Origin: an uncultured Clostridium sp.
Lineage (GTDB): Bacteria > Bacillota > Clostridia > TANB77 > CAG-508
Length of the DNA stretch: 64,000 nt
Direction of reading: 5' to 3'
NCBI GenBank assembly: GCA_945877035.1
Contig: CAMCQH010000004.1
Location: forward strand, 3,212 to 67,211
Shown here: positions 39,229 to 48,685 of the stretch, in pieces
Position numbering within the stretch: the first letter of the stretch is position 1
Layout: the number at the start of each line of letters is the position of its first letter
Notes under the pieces: model-generated
What the model was told of the DNA's origin: nothing
Database searches by the model: none
The model's input: only the letters and a program-made list of their open reading frames with translations
Program-made: the position numbers and the translations under genes

Positions 39229-40485
39229 TTATAAATCTAAACTATCTTTATTTAATAAAAATTCTTCAATTCCCATTATTACTGTTCCCTCATCATTTCT
39301 CCATAGTTTAATATTTTCTCTAACAATAATTATTTTCTTAAATGAATCTTGAATATAATTAAATGGTCTTTGCTCTTGTTTCATTTTTTCTTTATCTGGT
39401 ATTGCAAAAGCAGATTGAACATAATATCTCTTACTTCCTTGATTACATACAAAATCTACTTCTATCTGCTTTCTTATTTTTTTTCCTTCTTTATTTTCTT
39501 CGTTTATTTCTACAACTCCAATATCTACATTATAACCTCTAATTAACAATTCGTTATATATGATATTTTCCATAAGATGAGTTTCTTCCTGTTGTCTAAA
39601 ATTTAATCTAGCATTTCTTAATCCAATATCTGAAAAATAATATTTAGAAGGTGTTGAAATATATCTTTTTCCTCTTATATCAAATCTTTCTGCCTTATTT
39701 ATCAGGAAAGCATCTAATAAATAATTTAAATAATTATTTATAGTAGGAATTGTTATATCATTTATATTATTACTTTTAAATGTATTTTCTATCTTATTTG
39801 GATTTGTTAGTGATCCAATAGATGATGCTATAATATTTACTATGGCATCTAATTTGTCATCCTTTTGAATATTATTTCTTTCAATAATATCATTTAAATA
39901 AGTATTTTTAAATAAATCATTCAAATATGTGCTTTTTGCCTCTTCTGTTTTTCTTGATAATATATATGGCATTCCTCCATATGTTATATATTCATTAAAA
40001 GCATCTTTTTCATTTCCTTCATATGCTTCTTTAAATTCAGAATATGATAATGGAAATACTCTTATTTCATCTCCTCTTCCTCTAAATTCAGTTATAACAT
40101 CACTTGATAAAAATTTTGAATTACTACCAGTCACATATACATCTAAATTTTTTTTTCTTAAAAAGCTATTTAAAACACTTTCAAAATCTTCTACTTTTTG
40201 TATTTCATCTAAAAGAATATAATACATTTTTTTATCTTTGATTTTATCCATGACATACTTATATAAATTTTCAGGATTTGTATATTCTTTGTTTTCGATT
40301 GAATCAAGCTCCAATTTTATAATATGATTTTCTTCAACTCCAGTTTCTAATAAATAATTTTTAAATATTGGATCTAATAAATATGATTTTCCACATCTTC
40401 TAATTCCAGTAATAATTTTTATTAGTTCATTTTCCTTTCTTTCTATTAGTTTATTTAAGTATAAATCTCTTTTTATAAGTTTCAT
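39229..40485 (-). CDS. AAA-type ATPase with DUF4143-like C-terminal region
   Basis: Walker A GIRRCGKSYLL and Walker B YYILLDEIQ, with the size (418 aa) typical of the COG1373 family. Confidence 0.75.
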   Translation of the reverse strand: MKLIKRDLYLNKLIERKENELIKIITGIRRCGKSYLLDPIFKNYLLETGVEENHIIKLELDSIENKEYTNPENLYKYVMDKIKDKKMYYILLDEIQKVEDFESVLNSFLRKKNLDVYVTGSNSKFLSSDVITEFRGRGDEIRVFPLSYSEFKEAYEGNEKDAFNEYITYGGMPYILSRKTEEAKSTYLNDLFKNTYLNDIIERNNIQKDDKLDAIVNIIASSIGSLTNPNKIENTFKSNNINDITIPTINNYLNYLLDAFLINKAERFDIRGKRYISTPSKYYFSDIGLRNARLNFRQQEETHLMENIIYNELLIRGYNVDIGVVEINEENKEGKKIRKQIEVDFVCNQGSKRYYVQSAFAIPDKEKMKQEQRPFNYIQDSFKKIIIVRENIKLWRNDEGTVIMGIEEFLLNKDSLDL

Positions 40486-40496
40486 AGTTTAACCTC

Positions 40497-40630
40497 ACTT
40501 TAAATTTTTGCGTATACCCGCATTTTTTTAAAATATATTCATATTATATTCCTTCTAATTTTATAAGTCAACACTTAATTTTAAATTTTTGCATGTACCC
40601 GCATTTTTTTAATATGTTTATATTGTATTC
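40497..40630. repeat. Tandem imperfect duplication (about 55-bp unit, 77-bp period) upstream of the ATPase gene
   Basis: Unit 1 is tttaaatttttgcgtatacccgcatttttttaaaatatattcatattatattc. Unit 2 is tttaaatttttgcatgtacccgcatttttttaatatgtttatattgtattc. Confidence 0.75.
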
Positions 40631-40765
40631 TTGATTTTAATTTTTATACATATACTTGGTAAACAAACATTATTTTATGTTAATTTTTAATTTTAAAATT
40701 TTGGCAGATTTACTTTGATTTTTTCACTTTTTATGTTATATTATGATTAGAAAGGATTGATTTAA

Positions 40766-41425
40766 TTGGAAGAAAACTATTATGATATCTTAGAAGTAAA
40801 TAAAAACGCATCTCCAGAAATTATTGAAAAAGCTTATAAAACCTTAGTAAAAAAATATCATCCGGATTTACAAGAAAATAATTTAAAAAATAATTATGAA
40901 GAAAAAATAAAAAAAATTAATGAAGCTTACGAAATTTTATCAAATCCTGAAAAAAGAAAAAATTATGACTTACAATTACAAAACAATGAAATTTCTAAGG
41001 AAGATTATAATAATCTATATAATGAAAATATTAATTTGAAAAATGAAATTAATTATTTAAAAAATAATATTAATTTAAATAATAGTTACCAGACTCAAAA
41101 TGTTAAAAATAATATTCAACAAAATCAAAATACCAGTTATGAAAACAATATAAATCAAGAAGAAATAAATCAAAAAATTAATAATGCTGTGAATAAAGCC
41201 TATCATGATGCTTATGTTCAGGATTTAAAAAATAGAGGTTATAAAATTAAATATAAAAAAACTTCTAAAGATTTCTTGGCTTTAATTTTAACAGTTGGTG
41301 TTATACTTATTATAGGTTTTATTTTGTGGCAGATTCCTTTTACTAGAAATTATTTGATTGAGTTGTATTATGATAATCCTGCTTTACAATTTATTGTTAA
41401 TTTATTTTTAAATATATTTAAGTAA
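40766..41425 (+). CDS. J-domain (DnaJ-like) protein with Asn-rich linker and C-terminal TM
   Basis: [31 protein letters not shown] (HPD motif) and C-terminal [23 protein letters not shown] start. Confidence 0.8.
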   Translation: MEENYYDILEVNKNASPEIIEKAYKTLVKKYHPDLQENNLKNNYEEKIKKINEAYEILSNPEKRKNYDLQLQNNEISKEDYNNLYNENINLKNEINYLKNNINLNNSYQTQNVKNNIQQNQNTSYENNINQEEINQKINNAVNKAYHDAYVQDLKNRGYKIKYKKTSKDFLALILTVGVILIIGFILWQIPFTRNYLIELYYDNPALQFIVNLFLNIFK

Positions 41426-41426
41426 C

Positions 41427-41472
41427 AAAAATAAAGTGAAATTATTAATTCTATAATTTCACTTTATTTTTT
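41427..41472. terminator. Bidirectional terminator (end of T4SS-like operon and J-domain gene)
   Basis: Perfect 13-bp stem aaagtgaaattat (41433-41445) / ataatttcacttt (41453-41465), with A-run and T-run flanks. Confidence 0.8.
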
Positions 41473-42721
41473 AATTCATATTAAATGAAATTTGAAATTT
41501 TGTATTATCACCCAATAACATTATTATCTCTATGTCGTTTTCTTCTGAAGATAAAGAATATCCAGATTTAAAATGTATATCTACAATATAATAGTTTCCT
41601 TCTTTTTTTAAAGTAGAATTATCTATATAATTATAATCAAAAAAATGATTTTCAATATAATTTTCAAAATCAATTATATTCTTAAAATATCTTTCCCTAT
41701 ATGTAATATTTAAATAATTATTATAAATTTCTTCATATTCCTTGTTATTTAGTAATTTAAATATTTTATCTACATTTGTAACAACTTTAGTATCATCATT
41801 TGATTCATTATATTTTTTAACAAACTCCTCTGATTCTAATGTATAATTATCTAAAAGTATAGTATAATTCATTACACTTTTTTCTTTTATTATATAACAA
41901 TTATTATAATTATCAATTATAGTATATTTTGTATAATCTTCAAAATTATCAACTGAATATTTTACCATCACTGCATTTTTTATTTTATCAATATTATTAT
42001 CAATATACTCTTCAAACAGATTAAAATTACTAAATTTTTTTTCTATATATTCTGAATCTAATAATTTATAAGCTACATCTTTTTTATATATCATATATTT
42101 TATATATTCATAAAAATATTTTTCTACAATATCTTCATTATAAATTGTAATGTCAGTATATCCATTTACATTGTTTTTTTGTATAATTTCATTTGGATCA
42201 TTCTTTATATAGTTTAAATCACTCTCTAAATATTCACTTCCACATAATGCAATTGAAAATGTAGCATTATTTTTATCTAATACAACTATAAAATAATAAT
42301 CTTCTTCACTTGTAATATCTTTTAAATTTTTATCTCTTATTTTAGTATATACATAATACTTAGAATTACTTTCATTATCAATTCCCCACATTTTTTGAGC
42401 TACACTTTCTTTTTCTTGTTTAAGTTCTAAAATATTTTTACTCTTATAATATTTGTTTTCTATTTCCTTTACTAATTCACTATCTTTAACTAAATAATCC
42501 AAATATAAATTTATGCAATTTTCAACAGTATAAAATGTATTTGCATCTTCAATTAAATGTATATAATCTTTTTCTTCATATTCATCAACATGAGAATGAT
42601 CATTTTCATTGCCTATATCACTTATACTAGTATTACTATTTAATTTTAATAATACCATACATATTATTAAAATAATTATTATAACTAAAAATATCATTAT
42701 TAGTCGCTTTAATTTTTTCAT
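41471..42721 (-). CDS. T4SS-locus protein, N-terminally anchored, unknown function (416 aa)
   Basis: ATG 42721 follows GGGAGGG. TM is LIMIFLVIIIILIICMVLL. Last gene of the co-oriented cluster. Confidence 0.6.
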   Translation of the reverse strand: MKKLKRLIMIFLVIIIILIICMVLLKLNSNTSISDIGNENDHSHVDEYEEKDYIHLIEDANTFYTVENCINLYLDYLVKDSELVKEIENKYYKSKNILELKQEKESVAQKMWGIDNESNSKYYVYTKIRDKNLKDITSEEDYYFIVVLDKNNATFSIALCGSEYLESDLNYIKNDPNEIIQKNNVNGYTDITIYNEDIVEKYFYEYIKYMIYKKDVAYKLLDSEYIEKKFSNFNLFEEYIDNNIDKIKNAVMVKYSVDNFEDYTKYTIIDNYNNCYIIKEKSVMNYTILLDNYTLESEEFVKKYNESNDDTKVVTNVDKIFKLLNNKEYEEIYNNYLNITYRERYFKNIIDFENYIENHFFDYNYIDNSTLKKEGNYYIVDIHFKSGYSLSSEENDIEIIMLLGDNTKFQISFNMN

Positions 42722-42741
42722 ATAATCCCTCCCAAATACAA

Positions 42742-45069
42742 TTAATTTCCTGTATATGAAAAATGCATATAATCTTGATAATTTCCTGACCAGTTTCCTC
42801 CCCATTTCCATCCTATACTTTCAAATGCCTTTACTAAAACTCCATCTCTTGGAATTGAATATTCACTTATTGATGGATTCCAAAAACTACCTGCATATAT
42901 TGTAGAACCTCTATGAGAATAATTTTCATTAACATTTATATCAATTGCTACCCCATAAGAATGATGCGATAACTTTCCACTTCCACCATTATTCATAATT
43001 CTATAAGAATATCCTGAGGCTTCATATACTTTAAATCCTGAATTCTGTGCCAATTGAAATACCTTTTGAACATCTGACGCCAAACTCTTATGTATTCTTA
43101 AGTTTCCAGTTGTTTTTGTGCCATCTTTTTTAGTTAATGCAATTTGCACTATTGTCAAATAACTTTCACAAGCACTCTGTGATGTAGGAGTACCATTAGG
43201 AAATAAATATTTCAATTTTTCAGAAGAAGATCCTTGTGTAGGTGCATTTCCATCAATGCTAATTGATTCCATACTGATTCCTACTGCCTTATAAAATTGC
43301 TGTATATCTGCCATATATGTTTCATAAGATGCTCCCCCGTACACAGGAGCTATTTGACTAAGAGTAAATTTTTGAGCTTTATAATAATAGTCTCCATTAG
43401 CAATATTATCTGCAAAATCTATTGTTGCTTCATTAAAACTTGAATATACTCTCCATGTTCTCGGATTTGTACTATTTGGATTTTTATATGTTTTCCCATT
43501 ATAATATCCTGTAAGGCTCATCCAATTATAAGTTGATGGATCAATAGCATCCCAATCAGTACCACATTGTGATTCTTCTTTTGCTACTGCTATTGCAAAA
43601 ACAGCATTAACATGATATTTATCTTGTATCTCCATTAATTCATCTACAACGCTAAGTAAATTAGTTTGCTTTTGACCTGAAAATACTGCTTTTATTCCCT
43701 TTATCAATATATTTTTATCTTTTATAACAAGATTAGATGAACTTTTTGATGTATCAACCATATAATCTGAAGTATTATAATATGAAAAATCTACTTCTTC
43801 ATATAAGCTTTTAATATCATCAATGTCCTTAACCCCATAATAATTCCCAGTAGCAACATACAACAAATATTTAGTCAAATTCACCATATTAGCTGTACTA
43901 GTATTTCTTTCCAATATTTCAAAAAGCATAAGAGCACTACTATCTAAATTTTGCTTTGTATATGGATACTTATTTAAAATAGTTATAAAATTTCTTTCAT
44001 TTGAATCTTTATCAACCTTAGGTTTTGAAGTTACATTTCCATCGTCATCTTTTTTATAATCCATAATCCATGTATCAGCCTTTGTCAAGTCCGCATTAAC
44101 ATTATTAGTTTCTACTGTAGTTGTAATAGTTGTTGTTTTTGTTTTATTCACTGTTTTCTTTTCCTTATATTTCTTTCCCGTTTTAGGATCTGTTACGTCT
44201 ACTTCTTCAGTAACAGTTATCGTTTCTGATTTTGGACCATCAACATCTGGTGTACTTGAATAATTTTCAATTCCCGTAATATCTATAGAACTATCTTCTA
44301 TAACATAATCTGCTAACTCTAATACAAACTTTTTACCATTAGTTGTTATTAACAATGCCCACAAATAATCAAATGGCATACTATATTTCTGTACTACTGA
44401 TTTATAATTAATCATGGCTGATGTCATGCTATAAGTTATAGTTGTTTCACTAGTAGGAGTTGATCCATCCACAGACACCTCTACTGTTTTTGTTGTTTTA
44501 GTCCACTGAGCTATAAGGGCATTTCCATTAGCATCAATAGTATAATACTTTAATGCTGTTTCATCTCCATCTGTATTATATGCATCAATATAAGAATTAA
44601 AAGTTTCTTCATCTACATATTTCAAATCAATTACACTTTTATCAGTTTTACGCCTTTTAAATTCTATTATTCCATCTAATTCCCCTTTACCTATTTTAGG
44701 ATTTTGTGTAACTATTTCTGCTTTCATAAGTTTTTCAAGTTCTTCTGGTGATTTCAAATATTTTTTTACATTAGAACCATTTTGTATCATAGTATCCCAC
44801 AATTCTTGTGGTGTCATTTCAGTAACCAATCCATTTGAAGTAATAGTTACTCCATTTGTATATGTAGACGCAGCATATGGAACGTTTTTTAAATCTCCTT
44901 CTTTAAGTACTCCTTCAATTAAATTAAGTATATATATAAGTCCTGAAAACAGTAGTATAAAAATAATTATACAAATAAGTGCAATTATAAATACTTTAGA
45001 AAACAATAATTTTTTTAGTGCTTTTTTACCAAGTTTTTTAAATACATTTTTTACATCTGCCATATACAA
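42742..45069 (-). CDS. bifunctional peptidoglycan hydrolase (glucosaminidase/lysozyme-like plus M15 VanY-like peptidase), VirB1/PrgK analogue
   Basis: N-terminal TM. The central segment AVFAIAVAKEESQCGTDW...YSSFNEATIDFADNI is glucosaminidase-like. The C-terminal LSHHSYGVAIDIN...GWKWGGNW...DYMHFSY matches the M15 H-x6-D...H pattern. The start may be ATG 45063. Confidence 0.7.
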   Translation of the reverse strand: MYMADVKNVFKKLGKKALKKLLFSKVFIIALICIIIFILLFSGLIYILNLIEGVLKEGDLKNVPYAASTYTNGVTITSNGLVTEMTPQELWDTMIQNGSNVKKYLKSPEELEKLMKAEIVTQNPKIGKGELDGIIEFKRRKTDKSVIDLKYVDEETFNSYIDAYNTDGDETALKYYTIDANGNALIAQWTKTTKTVEVSVDGSTPTSETTITYSMTSAMINYKSVVQKYSMPFDYLWALLITTNGKKFVLELADYVIEDSSIDITGIENYSSTPDVDGPKSETITVTEEVDVTDPKTGKKYKEKKTVNKTKTTTITTTVETNNVNADLTKADTWIMDYKKDDDGNVTSKPKVDKDSNERNFITILNKYPYTKQNLDSSALMLFEILERNTSTANMVNLTKYLLYVATGNYYGVKDIDDIKSLYEEVDFSYYNTSDYMVDTSKSSSNLVIKDKNILIKGIKAVFSGQKQTNLLSVVDELMEIQDKYHVNAVFAIAVAKEESQCGTDWDAIDPSTYNWMSLTGYYNGKTYKNPNSTNPRTWRVYSSFNEATIDFADNIANGDYYYKAQKFTLSQIAPVYGGASYETYMADIQQFYKAVGISMESISIDGNAPTQGSSSEKLKYLFPNGTPTSQSACESYLTIVQIALTKKDGTKTTGNLRIHKSLASDVQKVFQLAQNSGFKVYEASGYSYRIMNNGGSGKLSHHSYGVAIDINVNENYSHRGSTIYAGSFWNPSISEYSIPRDGVLVKAFESIGWKWGGNWSGNYQDYMHFSYTGN

Positions 45070-45093
45070 ATTTCACCTCCCATATAAGCTATT

Positions 45094-46059
45094 TTAGATA
45101 TTAATTACAAATTCATATATATCTTTATAATTTTCCTTATTTTCCATATTCTCATATTCTTTATAATTCAATATCAAATTTGAGAAAACTAAACTATTAA
45201 TTTTTCCATTTGTACTAAAATCATTGCTAAATTTAATTTTAATATTTTTAGTTTTACCATTTCTAACTATAAATTCATTATCAATTATTTCATTTGTAAA
45301 TGCATAAAATTTTGCACCTTTACTATTTTGTAAATATGTTGTTTTTGTATCAATTTTAGGGTCTAATAAAATATCATTTTCTGAATTATTAGTAATCTGT
45401 ATATCATAAAATTCATAATCCATGTAAGTATTTTTTTCCAAAACTTTAATTTTAATATTTTTATTTTCTACCTCTTTATTTATTGATTTTTTTCCTACAT
45501 AATTTTTTATGTTAAGTTTATATTCATCATTTTGCTTGACATATGTAAAATAATCTGTACTTTTTACATCTATATTTCCTGTTGATAATGGATCATCATA
45601 TATGTTAACTTTATATGTATCTTGTCCCCAATGTTCTATATCACATATTTTTAGCTGATTATTAAATATAACATCATAATACTGCTCTTTAAATATTTCT
45701 TTTGTTTGAAATAGTTCTTCCTTACACTCATCAGATAATAAATTATAAGCTTTTTCAATTTTATTATCATTACAATAATCTATAAATTCTTTTATAGTTT
45801 TTTTAGGAGTACTTATATTATTTTCTGTAGATTTATCATCTTGTATTTGTGTATTTGTATTTGTTCCTATTTCATTTGACACAACGTTCGCTTGTCCAAT
45901 AGCCAAATTATTATTTATAGAATTTGTATTCTCACTCATATCTTTGTCTTTTATAGAATTATTTAATAATCTTAACATTGCATATAAAAAGACTATAATC
46001 AGTATAAATATATAAATTGTCTTTCTATTTTGATTATAAAATCTTATAAATTTATACAT
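45094..46059 (-). CDS. T4SS-locus protein, N-terminal TM plus extracytoplasmic domain (possible VirB8/TcpC-like NTF2 fold)
   Basis: 321 aa with TM IYIFILIIVFLYAMLRLL. The fold assignment is a guess from position and composition only. Confidence 0.5.
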   Translation of the reverse strand: MYKFIRFYNQNRKTIYIFILIIVFLYAMLRLLNNSIKDKDMSENTNSINNNLAIGQANVVSNEIGTNTNTQIQDDKSTENNISTPKKTIKEFIDYCNDNKIEKAYNLLSDECKEELFQTKEIFKEQYYDVIFNNQLKICDIEHWGQDTYKVNIYDDPLSTGNIDVKSTDYFTYVKQNDEYKLNIKNYVGKKSINKEVENKNIKIKVLEKNTYMDYEFYDIQITNNSENDILLDPKIDTKTTYLQNSKGAKFYAFTNEIIDNEFIVRNGKTKNIKIKFSNDFSTNGKINSLVFSNLILNYKEYENMENKENYKDIYEFVINI

Positions 46060-46088
46060 AATTATAGTCCTCCCTCATATACCATAAG

Positions 46089-48662
46089 TTAATTATATTT
46101 TAATCCTTTAACACCTCTAATAAATTCTTCATTTTGATTAATTATATCATCTTTATATCCTTGATTTTTTAATCTTTCTTTCATTTCTTTTATGTCTTTA
46201 CCATTTGATACTCCAGAAGCTAATTTTGCAGCAGCAATTCTTCTTTTATCTGCATAATCTGTTGTTTTACCTATTTCTCCTGAAGTTTCTTTCATTGTTT
46301 TTATAATCAAATTATTATCAGTTATTCCATGTTCTCTATATTTAAGAGCATCCTGCATCCTTTGATTAGCATTTGACTCTCCAAATGCTTCTGCATATTG
46401 TCTCTTAATTTCCTTACTATTTAAAAATGCTTTATCTGCTTGAGAATTTAAATATTGTTTATATCCTTTTGGATCATCTCTATATGCTTCTCTTGCTAAC
46501 TCATCTCTTCTTTGTTGCATTTTAGCACTCATTGCAGATGGAGCTGACATTGCTCTACTAGCAGCTACATTTCCAACTAAAGCTCCTCCTGAAGCAGCTG
46601 CACCACCATATTTTAATACATTCGTAAAATCATCTGATGCTAATCCTGCTGCTACACCTACTGTACCCAGGGTTACAGCACCAGCTGTCATAGCAGCACC
46701 TTTTAATGCTGTTTTTGCTAATTTTGGAGCATATAGTCTAACTGCAGCTCCTGCATATTTAGCACCTTTTGAGTTACGAAGTTGTTTTGCTTTTGAAGAT
46801 AATTTTTTACTTCCATTTCTTATAATAGTTTTCTTTCCTTTACTTTGTGTATCTTTTCCATCTCTTGCTATATAATTTCCATATTCATCATATTTATCAG
46901 GATTCATTTGATGTAAATAATTTGCATTTCCTTGTGTTAATTTATCAACATCATCTGAAGCTTGTTCTAAATCACTACCTTCAATAACTGGTGGTTGTAT
47001 TTGTCCTGCTTTTCCATTATCATTACCTGGATTTTGTCCTTGGTCTAAATTATTATTTCCATTATCTAACTCTGTTTTTGGAGTATCAGAGCCACCATCA
47101 TTAGCAGGATTTTCACTTTCAGGATTTGGAATATCACTAGTTCCTCCTAAAGCATTTCTCATAAAGTCATCTTCTGCAGCAGAATCATTAGCAGTTCTAT
47201 TATCAGCCATTCTTACTCTATCATCATGTCCACTTGAACCTTTTTCTGAGCCTCCACCACCTTTTGGAGGTAATCCTTTGTGTTTAGTTCTATTAACTAC
47301 AGCATCTACGCCTTTCATTACCATTGCACCTGTAAATGCTCCACTTGATGCAGGTTGAGTTGTTTGGTTTTTATCAAATCCAAACATTTTTCTAATTAAT
47401 TTTTCTACCTGTAATAAACATCCTAATACTATAAGTCCATATAAAGGATAGCTAGTAACTAAATCTATTGCTGTACCCATTAATACTGAATACAATATTA
47501 AGTGCATTGGTTGTAATAATAAGTTAAAAATATATTCTTTAAGCCACATATTAAATGCCTGTGCATGTCCATCATTAACTTTATCTAAAGGATATGCAAA
47601 TGCTACAACTGGAGCAATCAATGTTAAAAGCACCATATTAAATACCCTTTTTAAGTACTGGAATAAGAACATATATGTATAAATAACCATAACTAAATAC
47701 ATTATGGTATATGCCATCCTTAATGATACTGACATAGAATTGATATTAGTTTGAGCATAAAATCTAACATATCCTATAAGATTAGTTTTCCAGCTTAATG
47801 TTCCATTTTGTCCATTTTCATTTAATTTATCTAATATATCTCCACTACCATTTTTTTCTGAAAATGTTGATAAATTCACTCCATCTGCATTTATTTGAAT
47901 CACTCCATTATTTACATTCAATAAGTCTGTTATTTTTTCTGTAAAAATCATTGCAAAACTCATAATATAATGCATAAAAAATAATAAACATAAACCTACT
48001 ACCCAATCTGTCAACATTTGTTTATATTTAGCTTTATCACTTGATGCACTTGAAATCAAAATTCTGATTCCTATATAAACCAAAACTGATAAAAAAGCAA
48101 CTATAGCAATATCTCTTAATACATTATACCATGATGATATTGTTGATTGTAAAGTTGATACAACAGATTTTACTTCCTCTCCATTATCATTTTCATACAC
48201 TTTTGGATTTAATATGTTAACATCTAGTAATGGCACTTTATTAGAAAAAATTTCTTCTGGGCTAATTGATATAACTGGTAATTCTATTGCATCCTCAAAA
48301 TCTTTATCAGTAAACTCATTTACAACTACACTAACAACTTTACTACCTATTAAATGACCTAAAGCCGCCCCTGGATTTTGCACAAATGAACCAATAAAAA
48401 ATATTGTATCAATCCATCCTGACTGTTTAGATAATGTTACTATTGTTGTTCCTTCCTGCATTACAAAAGTATTTAACAATGACTCTCCAACATCACCAAT
48501 AGCCAATAAGAATGACTGTATAGGTTTAAATAACACTCCACCCCAATCAGAATCAGAATCGGCTTTTGATATATTTGTTGGCACTGAATATTCTATTAAT
48601 ATTATTGCTACTAATACAATTAATATTTTTTTAAATAAACCTTTATTTTCAAAAATTTTCAT
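46089..48662 (-). CDS. polytopic membrane protein, VirB6/PrgH-like, with long Gly/Ala/Asn-rich C-terminal extension (857 aa)
   Basis: Signal/TM segment, about 6 TM segments between aa 180 and 450, then a roughly 400-aa low-complexity and Ala/Gly-rich tail. Sits directly downstream of virB4. Confidence 0.6.
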   Translation of the reverse strand: MKIFENKGLFKKILIVLVAIILIEYSVPTNISKADSDSDWGGVLFKPIQSFLLAIGDVGESLLNTFVMQEGTTIVTLSKQSGWIDTIFFIGSFVQNPGAALGHLIGSKVVSVVVNEFTDKDFEDAIELPVISISPEEIFSNKVPLLDVNILNPKVYENDNGEEVKSVVSTLQSTISSWYNVLRDIAIVAFLSVLVYIGIRILISSASSDKAKYKQMLTDWVVGLCLLFFMHYIMSFAMIFTEKITDLLNVNNGVIQINADGVNLSTFSEKNGSGDILDKLNENGQNGTLSWKTNLIGYVRFYAQTNINSMSVSLRMAYTIMYLVMVIYTYMFLFQYLKRVFNMVLLTLIAPVVAFAYPLDKVNDGHAQAFNMWLKEYIFNLLLQPMHLILYSVLMGTAIDLVTSYPLYGLIVLGCLLQVEKLIRKMFGFDKNQTTQPASSGAFTGAMVMKGVDAVVNRTKHKGLPPKGGGGSEKGSSGHDDRVRMADNRTANDSAAEDDFMRNALGGTSDIPNPESENPANDGGSDTPKTELDNGNNNLDQGQNPGNDNGKAGQIQPPVIEGSDLEQASDDVDKLTQGNANYLHQMNPDKYDEYGNYIARDGKDTQSKGKKTIIRNGSKKLSSKAKQLRNSKGAKYAGAAVRLYAPKLAKTALKGAAMTAGAVTLGTVGVAAGLASDDFTNVLKYGGAAASGGALVGNVAASRAMSAPSAMSAKMQQRRDELAREAYRDDPKGYKQYLNSQADKAFLNSKEIKRQYAEAFGESNANQRMQDALKYREHGITDNNLIIKTMKETSGEIGKTTDYADKRRIAAAKLASGVSNGKDIKEMKERLKNQGYKDDIINQNEEFIRGVKGLKYN

Positions 48663-48685
48663 AAAGTTTAAACCTCCCGACTACT

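Noticed and set aside
37454-40485. RNase H-like/wHTH, patatin and AAA ATPase considered as a three-gene defence operon.
   Set aside because: The genes are separated by gaps of 80-105 bp. At least one gap holds a strong terminator hairpin (39195-39235). The patatin looks like the common YlbK-type housekeeping enzyme. No cyclase or sensor partner is present.
40497-40630. Possible CRISPR-like or tandem array.
   Set aside because: There are only two imperfect copies, no spacer-repeat regularity and no cas genes. The region is treated as a duplicated regulatory segment. No CRISPR array exists anywhere in the window.
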